A DNA stretch of 64,000 nt from assembly GCA_951406725.2 (NCBI GenBank), contig OX597832.1, forward strand, positions 18,414,001 to 18,478,000, read 5' to 3'. The DNA comes from Octopus vulgaris (taxonomy: Eukaryota). The notes under the pieces are model-generated. The model was given only the letters and a program-made list of their open reading frames with translations, ran no database searches and was not told the origin of the DNA. Made by a program: the position numbers and the translations under genes. Shown piece by piece: positions 28,941-40,810 of this stretch (position 1 is the first letter of the stretch; each line of letters starts with the position of its first letter).

Positions 28941-29164
28941 CTTTACGATAAAAATAGCAAGGACATTATCCAATTCCTATATGACTGGGTATAATTTGAG
29001 GGAGATATGAGTATTATTTCTTGTCTGCCAAGTGACACATGAAAGATCTTAATTCATTAATATTCATAATTGTGAAATTTAGCTTTAAAAAATGACTGAA
29101 TAAATTTATTATTGAAAAAAAAAATGAAGAGTACCCATGTTTTAAGCGGATTTTAGCAGGTGAG

Positions 29165-29225
<61 letters not shown>

Positions 29226-29229
<4 letters not shown>

Positions 29230-29298
29230 CGCTATACTAATACATCTGTTTATTTTGTACACCACCTGTCTTCCTCTTTTGTGTTTTTCGTTAATTCT

Positions 29299-29301
<3 letters not shown>
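29226..29301 (+). mobile_element. 3'-terminal fragment of the HHR-bearing element at 47190-47375, inside (TA)n
   Basis: GAGCGCTATACTAATACATCTGTTT...TGTACACCACCTGTCTTC...TCTCCC matches 47301-47375. Confidence 0.85.
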
Positions 29302-29346
<45 letters not shown>

Positions 29347-30546
29347 TGTTTGCTTACATCTTAGAGCATTTGCTTTAAAATGTATTCTCTCTAGAAGGTT
29401 GTTCATTCAGAACTGTTGCATACAACCAATTTTGTGTTAGAAATTTTCTGACAAAGTTGTAGAGGTAAATAGTGTTATATTTAAAGGAATTGGTCCCTTT
29501 ACTAAATTTCTTCAAGCAATGTTCAAAAGTGTAACCTCTTCAAAAAAAATTGTTAATAAATAAGTCTAGCATAGGTCGCAGGTCACATTGCTGAAACTTA
29601 TAGTGTACGCAACATTTGATTGCATCGATAGGAATTGAACAAAGGAAGCCAAAATAGTGCCTCTGAATATCGGTGGACAGTTTAATCTGTCACATTCATT
29701 TTGTGTGACGCTGGTTATGGTTATGGATACCATGACAAAAATAGAAAGAAGTATATGATAAATGATAAAAAATTTGTGTTGGTAGCCATCTGGATGTTGA
29801 AGTGAATTATGCTTGTTAGAGTTTGACTGCTGAAGTGGTTTTGGATCGGATACGTGAAACTCAATAGAGCAGAATTTGTTCAATAGATTCTGGAAAACAC
29901 AATGGAGAAAATGTCGTTTGATACTCCCTGTCGCACTGAATGTTATGAGTAAAAGTGGTTTTGTTAATGAGGTAAATATCAACCTTCTTTTTGTATTAAC
30001 ACAATCGCCTCTAAGAAACAGGGATGGGGAACAAGCGAGTAAAATGTTATGTATGTGGGTGTATTATTTAAATGAAAATTAGTTATGTCTTGGCTTTACA
30101 TGTGTCTAGACTCACTTGAAAGCTGAAGTAGTTATTGACCAATTATTTTCGACAAGCCTTTGCCCAATTAAAGATAATTCCTATCAGAATTTGTTAAACA
30201 GAGACAAAGTTTGAGCGTTTGGAAGAATTGAGAGATGTTTGTCTTTTCGTGTTGCGATTGCATTTAAAATGTTATACAGGATATATCTCTCGCGCAGTGT
30301 GTTGCCTGGATTGATGAGGGGTCTGGCCAAGCTACTTACTAATGTTTAGTTTCTCAACATATACACTGGGTGTTCAAAATCAAAACGAGGCAACTACGAG
30401 TCTTATCTGAGTAAAGTTGATAAATTCATTAACCGAAATATATATTTAAAAATATCATAATTGGAAATGAATATTTTCCTGAGAGACAGATGAATTTATG
30501 TAGATGTACACTACAGTAGCTTCCAAGATGAGACATTTTTATATGG

Positions 30547-30592
<46 letters not shown>

Positions 30593-30601
30593 GCACACAC
30601 A

Positions 30602-30682
<81 letters not shown>

Positions 30683-30893
30683 AGGTAATAAAAATTATAG
30701 AAATTTTTTCTACCTGTGGCCTAGCGTACAAACAAATTAGTCAATAGACTATATATATTTTTCATTCCCTTCGAGAATTTATCCCTAATTAGTGGTTTGG
30801 ACGTTAACTGTTCTTTCTAGCATAGTGGATTCCTATGACAGAAACCCCTTAATGGGTTTTAATGTACACTGTATTTTATATGAATAATATATA

Positions 30894-30935
<42 letters not shown>

Positions 30936-31335
30936 CAAATAAGAAAATGGAGAGGATAATCAATCGACAAACATCAGCCCGTAAATAGTCAATTATATCT
31001 ATTAATCCATTGATTACATTAATATGTGTAAATGATCTAAATAAACGAATAATATTAAATAGCATTTAGCCTCTGACCCCTGTGACATGGATCATACCAT
31101 TAAATTCACTACGCAATGACTTACACTCGCTATTTCCCCCAGAATAATTGAAGCACGATGTAACCCTCACAGCCTGCGGATATTTCTCCTGGAAGTGACT
31201 TTCTTTACAATAGATGTAATACCATGGATTATGATAGCACCTTGAAATGGCGTTCTTACCATTCTTTACTATTTCTATCATATTACTCTTATTTTATGTT
31301 ACTTTTTTATTTCAACTTACTTCACAACATGTAAG

Positions 31336-31695
31336 TTTCCTAAAATTTCGTCTCTCTGATGAAGCCTTGGGTCTTAACTATTGTCTAACCCCTGTCTCTG
31401 TATCTCATATATACATCATATATATGATGTATAAAACTTAATTTCCTAAACTCTGGTCTCTCTGATGAAGCCTTGGGGCTTAACCATTCTGTAACCCCTG
31501 TCACTGTATATCATATATACTTCATATATATGATGTGTAAAACATAGTTTCCTAAAATTTGATCTCTTAGATGAAGCCTTGGTGCTTAACCATTCTCTAA
31601 CCACTGCCTCTGTATATCATCAATATATACATCATATATATGATGTGTAAAACTTAAAAGATTTGCCAACACCATGTTTGAAACAGCTGTAAGAG
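31336..31695 (+). repeat. Three 106-bp tandem units each carrying a hammerhead 5' half, closed by a single 3' half
   Basis: Units start at 31336, 31442 and 31548. CTCT-CTGATGA-AGCCTTGG at 31356 and 31462, degenerate at 31568. CACCATGTTT-GAAA-CAGCTG-TA-AGAG at 31670-31695. Confidence 0.8.
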
Positions 31696-32196
31696 TTTAG
31701 TGTTTTATACTGATCCATACATATTTGTTTATTTTTATTTATATATAATAAATCTCTGAGCGAGGTATAGACAGCAGCTGCACTGCATCATGAAGTTATT
31801 TGCCACTAAATATATTTCCTACTGTAGTATCCACCCCAATGGGATAGCCACCTATAAGTGGCAAATATACTTTATTTATATATTTATTTACATATTTATT
31901 TGCTTATTTCATTCGTTTATTTGAATCACTTACACATGATTGTAATAAATTAATAAAGTGATATAACTGAATGTTTACAGGCTGATGTTTGTAGATTTTT
32001 TATCCCCTCCATTTACTTATTTGCCTTATAAATCCTGGGTAAATTTCTGTTTTACCCCTATCCATACCTAGTATTCAATTGCGATATTGCCCTGCAATTG
32101 TAAGCACTTGGATATAAATACGTAGGTATACATCCAGTAGTATATTGGATATTCACTATCCATTCGATAGTCACTTAACCTGTAACTCATACAAAC

Positions 32197-32323
<127 letters not shown>

Positions 32324-32329
32324 CATATG

Positions 32330-32865
32330 TGCAGGCATAGCTGTGTGGTAAGACGTTCACTTCCCAATCAAATATTTCCGCGTTCAGTCCCACAGCGTGG
32401 CACCTTTGCCGAGTGTTTTCTACAATAGCCTCGGGCAGACCACAGTCTTGTGAGTGGATTCGGTAGACGGAAGCTGAAAGAAGGTCGTCGTCGTGTATAT
32501 ATGTATATACATACATGTGTGTGTGTGTATGTGTGTGTGTGTATGTTTGTATGTGTATCTGTGTGTGTGTGTCTGTGTTTGTCTCCCCACCACCATCACT
32601 TGGCAAACGATACTGGTGTGTTTAAATCTACGAAACTTAGTGTCCAGTAGAAGAAGTACTAGGTATACAAAGTATAAGTCCTGGAGTCGATTTCTTCGAC
32701 GAAACGCAGTGCTCTAGCTTGGCTTCAGTCAAGTAACTGAAACAAGTAAAAGAATATATATATATATTTTACGATCAGCCGTTGCCATACTAATAACCTG
32801 GTTTAGAACTCAATACACATGTGCTCCAGCATGGCCGCAGTCAAATGACTGAAACACGTAAAAGA
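32330..32865 (+). mobile_element. Family-B SINE (32330-32754) plus an extra family-B 3' tail (32821-32865)
   Basis: Family-B head and tail motifs. Second tail GTGCTCCAGCATGGCCGCAGTCAAATGACTGAAAC. Confidence 0.88.
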
Positions 32866-33274
32866 AATATGTATATATTTATATATATAGGTAACAATAG
32901 GGTGCTGTGGGTAATCGTACATCACAGTGAGTTTACATATTTGTATATGACTGTGGAGTGCATATATATATATATTTCTTGGCCTGTATAGACATAAGTG
33001 TGTAAATGTCTGGTGATGTTGATTATCTTACGTTTTCGGGGATTCGAACTTTATTGCTGAAGAGGCGTATTAAGTAAGTGCGATTTCCATGCGAGCAGAT
33101 ACGGGGAATGTGTCAGCAAGATTCCTCAAGATTACAATTGGCCTTTGTTAATTTTTTATGGCTATCTTTTCAGGTAAATGTCCTTCGCCGTTTATTCACC
33201 TGCTGTTTAAGCGGTTTAATGGGGAAATCGTACAGACGCATTCCTCTGTATGTGTTAATATACATGTATATATT

Positions 33275-33312
<38 letters not shown>

Positions 33313-33326
33313 TAGGTATATATATG

Positions 33327-33371
<45 letters not shown>

Positions 33372-33471
33372 GTATATACACACACATATATATATATATA
33401 TATAAATATAAGGGTCCCTATGCGTATGTTTATATAGATTCATATATGCGTGTGCATGAATGTATAAATGT

Positions 33472-33529
<58 letters not shown>

Positions 33530-33579
33530 ATATTTATATATACACACAAATATCTATATATATTATCTATATATATATA

Positions 33580-33993
33580 GGCGCAGGAGTGGCTGTGTGG
33601 TAAGTAGCTTGCTTACCAACCACATGGTTCCGGGTTCAGTCCCACTGCGTGGCATCTTGGGCAAGTGTCTTCTGCAATAGCCTCGGGCCGACCAAAGCCT
33701 TGTGAGTGGATTTGGTAGACGGAAACTGAAAGAAGCCTGTCGTATATATGTATTTATATATGTATATGTGTGTGTGTATATGTTTGTGTGTCTGTGTTTG
33801 TCCCCCTAGCATTGCTTGACAACCGGTGCTGGTGTGTTTACGTCCCCGTCACTTAGCGGTTCGGCAAAAGTGACCGATAGAATAAGTACTGGGCTTACAA
33901 AGAATAAGTCCTGGGGTCGATTTGCTCGACTAAAAGGCGGTGCTCCAGCATGGGCGCAGTCAAATGACTGGAACAAGTAAATGAGTAAATGAG
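33580..33993 (+). mobile_element. Family-B SINE, full-length young copy (reference copy)
   Basis: tRNA-like head (TGGCTGTGTGG; GGTTCAGTCCC), CORE-like GTGGCATCTTGGGCAAGTGTCTT, internal TA/TG tract, tandem 8-mer tail (GTAAATGA)2. (TA)n flanks. Confidence 0.97.
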
Positions 33994-34061
33994 TATATAT
34001 ATATGTATATATATACGTGTGGGTGTGTATTCATGTAATTATACTTTTATATATGTATATA

Positions 34062-34260
34062 CAGAATAAGGTAGAGAAGACGGACGTTTTTGAAATGCTT
34101 ATTCCTCAGTTCATACAAAAAAAAAACTGCTACTCGCGTTCCCCCTCGTCGGACAGTAGTGATTCAGAATAGAGCATTCACAGCTATCCGTCGAACGGTA
34201 ACTTGAAACTCTGAGTAGCAAAGAATTATGTGATGATTTTCTTGCTTTAATAATAAGTTT
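34062..34260. mobile_element. PLE-derived remnant with two inverted degenerate hammerhead motifs
   Basis: Plus strand 34183-34222 GCTAT-CCGTCGA-ACGGTAACTT-GAAA-CTCTGAG-TA-GCAA. Minus strand 34126-34158 CTGT-CCGACGA...GAGTAGCAG. Confidence 0.55.
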
Positions 34261-34311
34261 TATATATATATATATATATATATACATACACAGAAGAGAG
34301 AGAGATTTACA

Positions 34312-34502
34312 GATATGTACTTGCATAGCGAGTGACTTAATCTGAGATTGTTTGCTGGAACGAAAACAATTGCAGCGTGGAAGGTATTTAAGCCATTTAA
34401 GCAACACAAAAACCGTTAGATTCACTTCAACATTTAAATTTAATTTGTCAAAATATTTTCGTCGCTTTGAGACCGCGACCTGTTCACTGTCAAAACTTCG
34501 TG

Positions 34503-34504
<2 letters not shown>
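34312..34504 (-). mobile_element. PLE-derived element with a variant (G3-C8) hammerhead at 34444-34495
   Basis: Minus strand TTTGACA-GTGAACA-G-GTCGC-GGTCTCAAA-GCGAC-GAAA-ATAT-TT-TGACAAA. Second copy at 48668-49388. Abuts (TA)n. Confidence 0.7.
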
Positions 34505-34558
<54 letters not shown>

Positions 34559-34985
34559 TATACCAAACTATACGATATATACGAGTCAACACACGGTATA
34601 TATATATACAGAGAAAGAGGAAGAAAGAGAAAGGTGCTTACATATAACTATACTTTAGATATTAACAACGTAGTAATTTAGCTTAGTAAAATAAATAATT
34701 AATATTTACTCGCTAGGTTAAATCTTCTTCAACACGTACACCTTAGATTAAATATATAGACCCCTATATTCCACGTTTATTGCCACAAAACTTCCTCCAG
34801 AAATCAGACAAGATCTACGCACATGGTTATGTTCGTACAGAGATTATATATAAATCATAGTTATATGTAAACATTAAATTAAATAGGCTATCTAACTACA
34901 TCTTAGACTTCTGCAGACTTAGTACTTACAAAGTACTTACACAGCCGTATTGCATTTGTGCGTGTGTGCGTGGTGTAAATTTACA

Positions 34986-35135
34986 CCTTTCTGTTGCTGT
35001 CTACCAAAACCACTCACGAGGATTTGGTCGGCCCGAGGCTATAGTTAAATCCACTTGCCCAGGGTACCATGCAGTGGGACTGAACCCGGAACCATTCGGT
35101 TGGGAAGCAATCTTCTTAACACACAGCCACACACA
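34986..35135 (-). mobile_element. Family-B SINE 5' part
   Basis: GCAGTGGGACTGAACCCGGAACC ... CACACAGCCAC. Confidence 0.85.
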
Positions 35136-35218
<83 letters not shown>

Positions 35219-35347
35219 GCAACACCAAATGGTTTTATCTCCAACCGTGCTTTCTTCTGCTGTGATTTTTGCTAGCAAGGTATCGGTTAAACTTTTGATT
35301 AAACCTTTGATTAATCTGCAACAAGATTATTCATCTTTCTATTTCAC

Positions 35348-35351
<4 letters not shown>
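35219..35351 (+). mobile_element. 3'-terminal fragment of the 8582-8977 element, inside (TA)n
   Basis: Near-identical to 8853-8973, with one extra 12-bp internal duplication (TTAAACCTTTGA). Confidence 0.92.
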
Positions 35352-35399
<48 letters not shown>

Positions 35400-35757
35400 T
35401 ATATGTATCTATATATGTACATACATATATATATATATACAGTTATAAATATGTTTATGTACATATATATATATGTATATATATATGTGTGTATGTTTTC
35501 TAGTGTGTGAGTACGTATATGTGTGCGCGTGTGTGTAGGAGGGTACTGTATGTGTGGATATCATTTGATATATACGAATGCATACAGAACTTTGCATGTG
35601 TCTATTTTCACACGTATATAGGTGCCCGTTGCTGCACCTCAATACAAATTACCTGCATTCCGTTATACGTTTTGTGTAGCACACATAAGAACTTCTCAAT
35701 ATTGCATATACATACACACACATAGATGCATATGTACGCACATATATACATGCATAG

Positions 35758-35849
<92 letters not shown>

Positions 35850-35874
35850 CTACATATATATATATATATATATA

Positions 35875-35914
<40 letters not shown>

Positions 35915-36757
35915 TATACATACATATATACATACATAGTTTAATCTTCTTGCACTCAAATGCACACAAGTTTGGCATTACACGGCTCAAGATTCTGTAG
36001 ATGGCATTTTGCGAATGGCGTGCAATTCCGAATCCTGACATTTAGCAAATTATGTCTTTCGTGGTTCCTGCAGTAGAGATCTATAGATTTTGACATGCGA
36101 GCAATGTGTAATGCCACGACGTGTATAGGTAACTAATTTTATTTAAAATATTACTATGCACTGATTGATCATATCCATCATCATATAATCACTCTAATTT
36201 GGAAAGTTTCGTCATTGGAACGATTATATTTTCACTTTCCCCCACGGTTTAGCGTCTCTTTTGCTCATATTAGTCCAATGAGCGAATTTCGAATAACTTT
36301 GGAGCACTTTCAGGTGTAAATTTAAATAATTGTGTCGTATTTATACAAAACGCAACGAAATTTACTGCCATATATCTTGTACCAATCTCCAAAACTTTCA
36401 GTTTTTCTCAACAACAGATAAGGCACCGAAATCTATAATATTATGAATGTTTTTTTTATCTTGACCTGTTCAAGTAATTTACCGGACATAGGGACATATT
36501 TTCAAATTTACAATTATAAAACAAGCAGAAATTGCGACATTACTAATGAAGAAACAGTGCAGTATATAGTTTTATTGAATATGAAGAAATTATACAGAAT
36601 GACTTTAAACCTGTTTAATCATAAGTCTACAGATTTCAACAAGTAATATTTATATTTAAACAATGAAAATAAACATAGTGAAAATGAAAAACTACCCGAA
36701 GTGAGGATGGGACAAATTCAGACAGCTGGCAAACATTAAGAGGTATTCGAAAGACCG

Positions 36758-36984
36758 GCGAGCTGGCAGAATCGTTAGCACGTCGGGCGAAATGCTTAGC
36801 GGTATTTCAGCTGCCGTTACGTTGTGTGTTCAAATTCCGCCGAGGTCGACTTTGCCTTTTGTCCTTTCGGGGTCGATAAATTAAGTACCAGTTAAGCACT
36901 GGGGTCGATATAATCGACCTAATACCTATGTCTGTCCATGTTTGTCCCCTCTATGTTTAGCCCCTTGTGGGTAATAAAGAAATC
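36758..36984 (+). mobile_element. Family-C SINE, full length
   Basis: 16-bp TSD GGTATTCGAAAGACCG at 36742-36757 and 36985-37000. Confidence 0.96.
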
Positions 36985-37274
36985 GGTATTCGAAAGACCG
37001 TCATAGACATTTATCTGGGAATATCCAAAAATATATACCAAACTACATACGACCACCGTAGGCAGTTGGTCCATTACAGTTTCATAGGCCATTCATAATT
37101 TCATATACGGCGCTTCAGATGCATCCAACAATCAAAATTGCTGCTGATATAAGGGCATTCTTTAAATCCCATTTGCTACATGTTTTCAGTTGATTATACC
37201 GCTTGATATTATGAATTCCTTAGAAAACGGCATAGCAGTTATGGTGCTCTGACTATTCTAAATCTATTGTTTAC

Positions 37275-37609
37275 TCTCTCTCTTTTAGTCTTTTACTTGT
37301 TTCAGTTATTTGACTGCAGCCATGCTGGAGCACCGCCTTTAGTCGACAAAATCGACCCCAGGACTTATTCTTTGTAAGCTTAGTACTTATTCTATCGGTC
37401 TCACCTCAGTAACATATATATATATATCCTATATATACATATATACTAAGAGTTTCTTTCAGTTTCCGTCTAACAGATCCACTCACAAGGCTTTGGTCGG
37501 CCCGAGGCTATAGCAGAAAATACTCGCTGAAGCTGCCACGCAGTGGGACTGAACCCGAAACAATGTGGCTGGTAAGCAAGCTACTTATCTCACAGCCATT
37601 CTTGCGCCT
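37275..37609 (-). mobile_element. Family-B SINE with internal deletion
   Basis: Family-B tail and head motifs on the reverse strand. Confidence 0.9.
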
Positions 37610-38261
37610 ATCTACACTTATGGAAAAGAATCTGCTTGTTGTTTCTTAAGACAAAAAACTGCTTTATTTTAGAGAGATTTGAAGTGTTTATACTTGTTAT
37701 AATAGCTGTAATATAGAGACATTCTGGTTAGTAAAACAGATATTTTCCCAGTATATCCTCACTGAAATCCACTACGCTTACTCTACATTCTACCGAAAAA
37801 AAAAGACAGCTATTTTATTTGTTTAGTAAAATTGTTCTTATTATGTATAATATAATGTATTGCGATAATCAATTAGGCTACATTTAAAGATATAACAAAA
37901 CGAAGATGGCTGAGTAAGCAATTCGAAATGACAACGTAAATGACTAATATATAAGAGTATTGATTTCCTTTGATTGGTGTTGATTGAGAAATGTAATGAA
38001 CAATTGGATCGTTGAAGCTCCGATGGAAGGCGAACGTCTATATAAGTCGTATCAAGAATAAGTAAACACGTAATTAGTCGCCTATCTATATTGATGAAGC
38101 CATTAAAATTACGTTAAATGTATGATAACCAGAAAAAAAAAACCTCGTAAAGTTTAATGCTGCAGATATTATTTGTAGAGTTAAGTATTAGGTCTTCATG
38201 GTAACAATTGTTTTTAGATTGACATATTTGAATTGTCAGGATCTAGGTTATACACAAAGTA

Positions 38262-38857
38262 TATTTCTTTACTATCCACAAGGGGCTAAACACAGAGGGG
38301 ACAAACAAGGACAGACAAACGGATTAAGTCGACTACATCGACCCCAGTGCGTAACTGGTACTTAATTTATCGACCCCGAAAGGATGAAAGGCAAAGTCGA
38401 CCTCGGCGGAATTTGAACTCAGAACGTAACGGCAGACGAAATACGTATTTCTTTACTACCCACAAGGGGCTAAACACAGAGATGACACATAAAGACAGAC
38501 AAACGGATTAAGTCGATTATATCGACCCCAGTGCGTAACTGGTACTTAATTTATCGACCCCGAAAGGATGAAAGGAAAAGTCGACCTCGGCGGAATTTGA
38601 ACTCAGAACGTAACGGCAGACGAAATACGTATTTCTTTACTACCCACAAGGGGCTAAACACAGAGAGGACAAACAAGGACAGACAAAGGGATTAAGTCGA
38701 TTACATCGACCCCAGTGGGTAACTGGTACTTAATTTATCGACCCCGAAAGGATGAAAGGCAAAGTCGACCTCGGCGGAATTTGAACTCAGAACGTAACGG
38801 CAGACGAAATACGGCTACGCATTTCGCCCGGCGTGCTAACGTTTCTGCCAGCTTGCC
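38262..38857 (-). mobile_element. Family-C SINE concatemer: one head plus three 184-bp body units
   Basis: Junction palindromes GAAATACGTATTTC at 38438-38451 and 38622-38635. Single 15-bp TSD GTTATACACAAAGTA at 38247-38261 and 38858-38872. Confidence 0.96.
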
Positions 38858-39267
38858 GTTATACACAAAGTAGACAGAATATATACGATGGTGGGTTAAG
38901 ATGTTCAGACACTGTTTATGAAGGAGTGAAGCTAGAGCCGTGAAATCTTGCATGCATTAATTTCAACGTTAGCATCCTTATTGTCATTTTCATTTCACTT
39001 CGATTTGTCTTGCTTGCATGGAGCTGACGTTTGCGGACGGATTCAATTGTTTTTCGTGGTACTGCAAGCTAGAGAAGTACCGAGACCACGTATCGACTGG
39101 ATATTCCTAGTTCTCAATAGTTTGTACGACAGGATGTGCCTCTTAATTCCAACAACTTGACACAGCGTAATTAGCAGGTGCATTTGAACGCAGTAAAAAC
39201 ATTAGACATGTTGCTATGGTCTCCACCATGAAAAAAAAAACTGTGTCTCACAACGCTATATTTCCAC

Positions 39268-39495
39268 TGTGAGCTGGCAGAAACGTTAGCACGCCAGGCG
39301 AAATGCGTAGCCGTATTTCGTCTGCTATTACGTTCTGAGTTCAAATTCCGCCGAGGTCGACTTTGCCTTTCATCCTTTCGGGGTCGATAAATAAAGTACC
39401 AGTTACGCACTGGGGTCGATGTAATCGACTTAATCCCTTTGTCTGTCCTTGTTTGTCCCCTCTATGTTTAGCCCCTTGTGGGCAGTAAAGAAATA
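39268..39495 (+). mobile_element. Family-C SINE
   Basis: 11-bp TSD TATATTTCCAC at 39257 and 39496. Confidence 0.95.
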
Positions 39496-40235
39496 TATAT
39501 TTCCACACTTAGCAGAGTGGCAGACTGCATTTTATTGTGCTGACCCTACGGATGAAATTTCCCTCTTTGCAGCAAGAGAAAAAAAGAGTGATTACTACGA
39601 CATGGGATGTCCGTCCTCCTATTACCATGCTAACACAAGGATGTGGATTGGAGAAGAGGTCCGTTGATGGTACAGGGGCTATTAGAGTAGAAACGCGCTT
39701 ATTGGAGTGACAGAGAGGTATGGAGAGAGTGCTCAAGTAAACAATGGAGCAGAAGCAGTAAATGCTGTGATATACTTGTTAAAGTAAAACAGACAGTCAA
39801 AATTATATATGTTAGGATAGCATCTCACTTTACACCTGTTATATTTCAAACGCACGTCTTGATTCGTACCGTCTTCATTCTCCCATTCTGATTCTGATCC
39901 ATCGTACATCTTGTTTCTTAATAATCTCAGCTTCATCGATCATCTACACAAGCGTCATATATTCAGTACCTCTTAGATGGTTTAAAGTTTCGATTTCTTT
40001 CGCAATTTGTAAAACATTTACGTCTGAAAAGAAAGTAATTTCTACACATTCGAGACAGCATACAAATTATCATAAAATCTGTCATGTAACGGGATTCTGA
40101 AACACTTTTTACGTAAGGTTTTCCCAACCAGTTCTTATTCTGGTTGTTTTCATAGCACTAGTAGTTAGGTCAACTGAGCAAAAGAAATCTGTAAACTAAT
40201 TCTTGATAATATTCTATAAACCAAAGGCGATAAAC

Positions 40236-40420
40236 TAGCAAAATCTTTAGCATGTCAGGTAAAATTCTTGGCAGTATTTCATCCTCCTTTGTATTCTGAG
40301 TTGAAATTCCGCCGAGGCAGATTTTGCTTTCATTTTACAAGGTCGTTGAAATAAGCACCAGTTGAACACACTGGGCTTGATGCAATCGACATAACCTAGG
40401 CCCCGAAATTACGGACATTA
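40236..40420 (+). mobile_element. Degenerate family-C SINE (older tail)
   Basis: TTCTGAGTTGAAATTCCGCCGAGG ... AAATAAGCACCAG. Confidence 0.7.
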
Positions 40421-40810
40421 CTCTTTACTCTTTTACTTGTTTCAGTCATGTGACAGTGGCCATGCTGGAGCACCACCTTTAGTCGAGCAAATCGATCCCA
40501 GAACTTGTTCTTTGTAAGCCTAGAACTTATTCTCTCGGTTTCTTTTGTCGAACTGCTAAGTTATGGAGACGTAAACACACCAGCATTGGTTGTCAAGTGA
40601 TGCTGAGGGGAGACAAACACAGACACACAAACATTTACACACATGCATATATCTATAATATATACGACGGGCTTCTTTCAGTTTCCGTCTACCAAATCCA
40701 CTCACAAGGCTATAGCAGAAGACACATGTACAAGGTGCCACGCAGTGGGACTGAACCCGGAACTATATGGTTGGTAAGTAAGCTACTTACCACAAAGCCA
40801 CTCCTACCCC
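40421..40810 (-). mobile_element. Family-B SINE
   Basis: Reverse-strand match with a small internal deletion. Confidence 0.93.

Noticed and set aside
29400-30360. Repeat-poor stretch with ORFs 29566-29982 and 29876-30082
   Set aside because: No recognisable domain and frequent stops in all frames.
33580-33655. SINE heads as functional tRNA genes
   Set aside because: A and B boxes are present but there is no complete cloverleaf, and they continue into repeat bodies with tails or TSDs.
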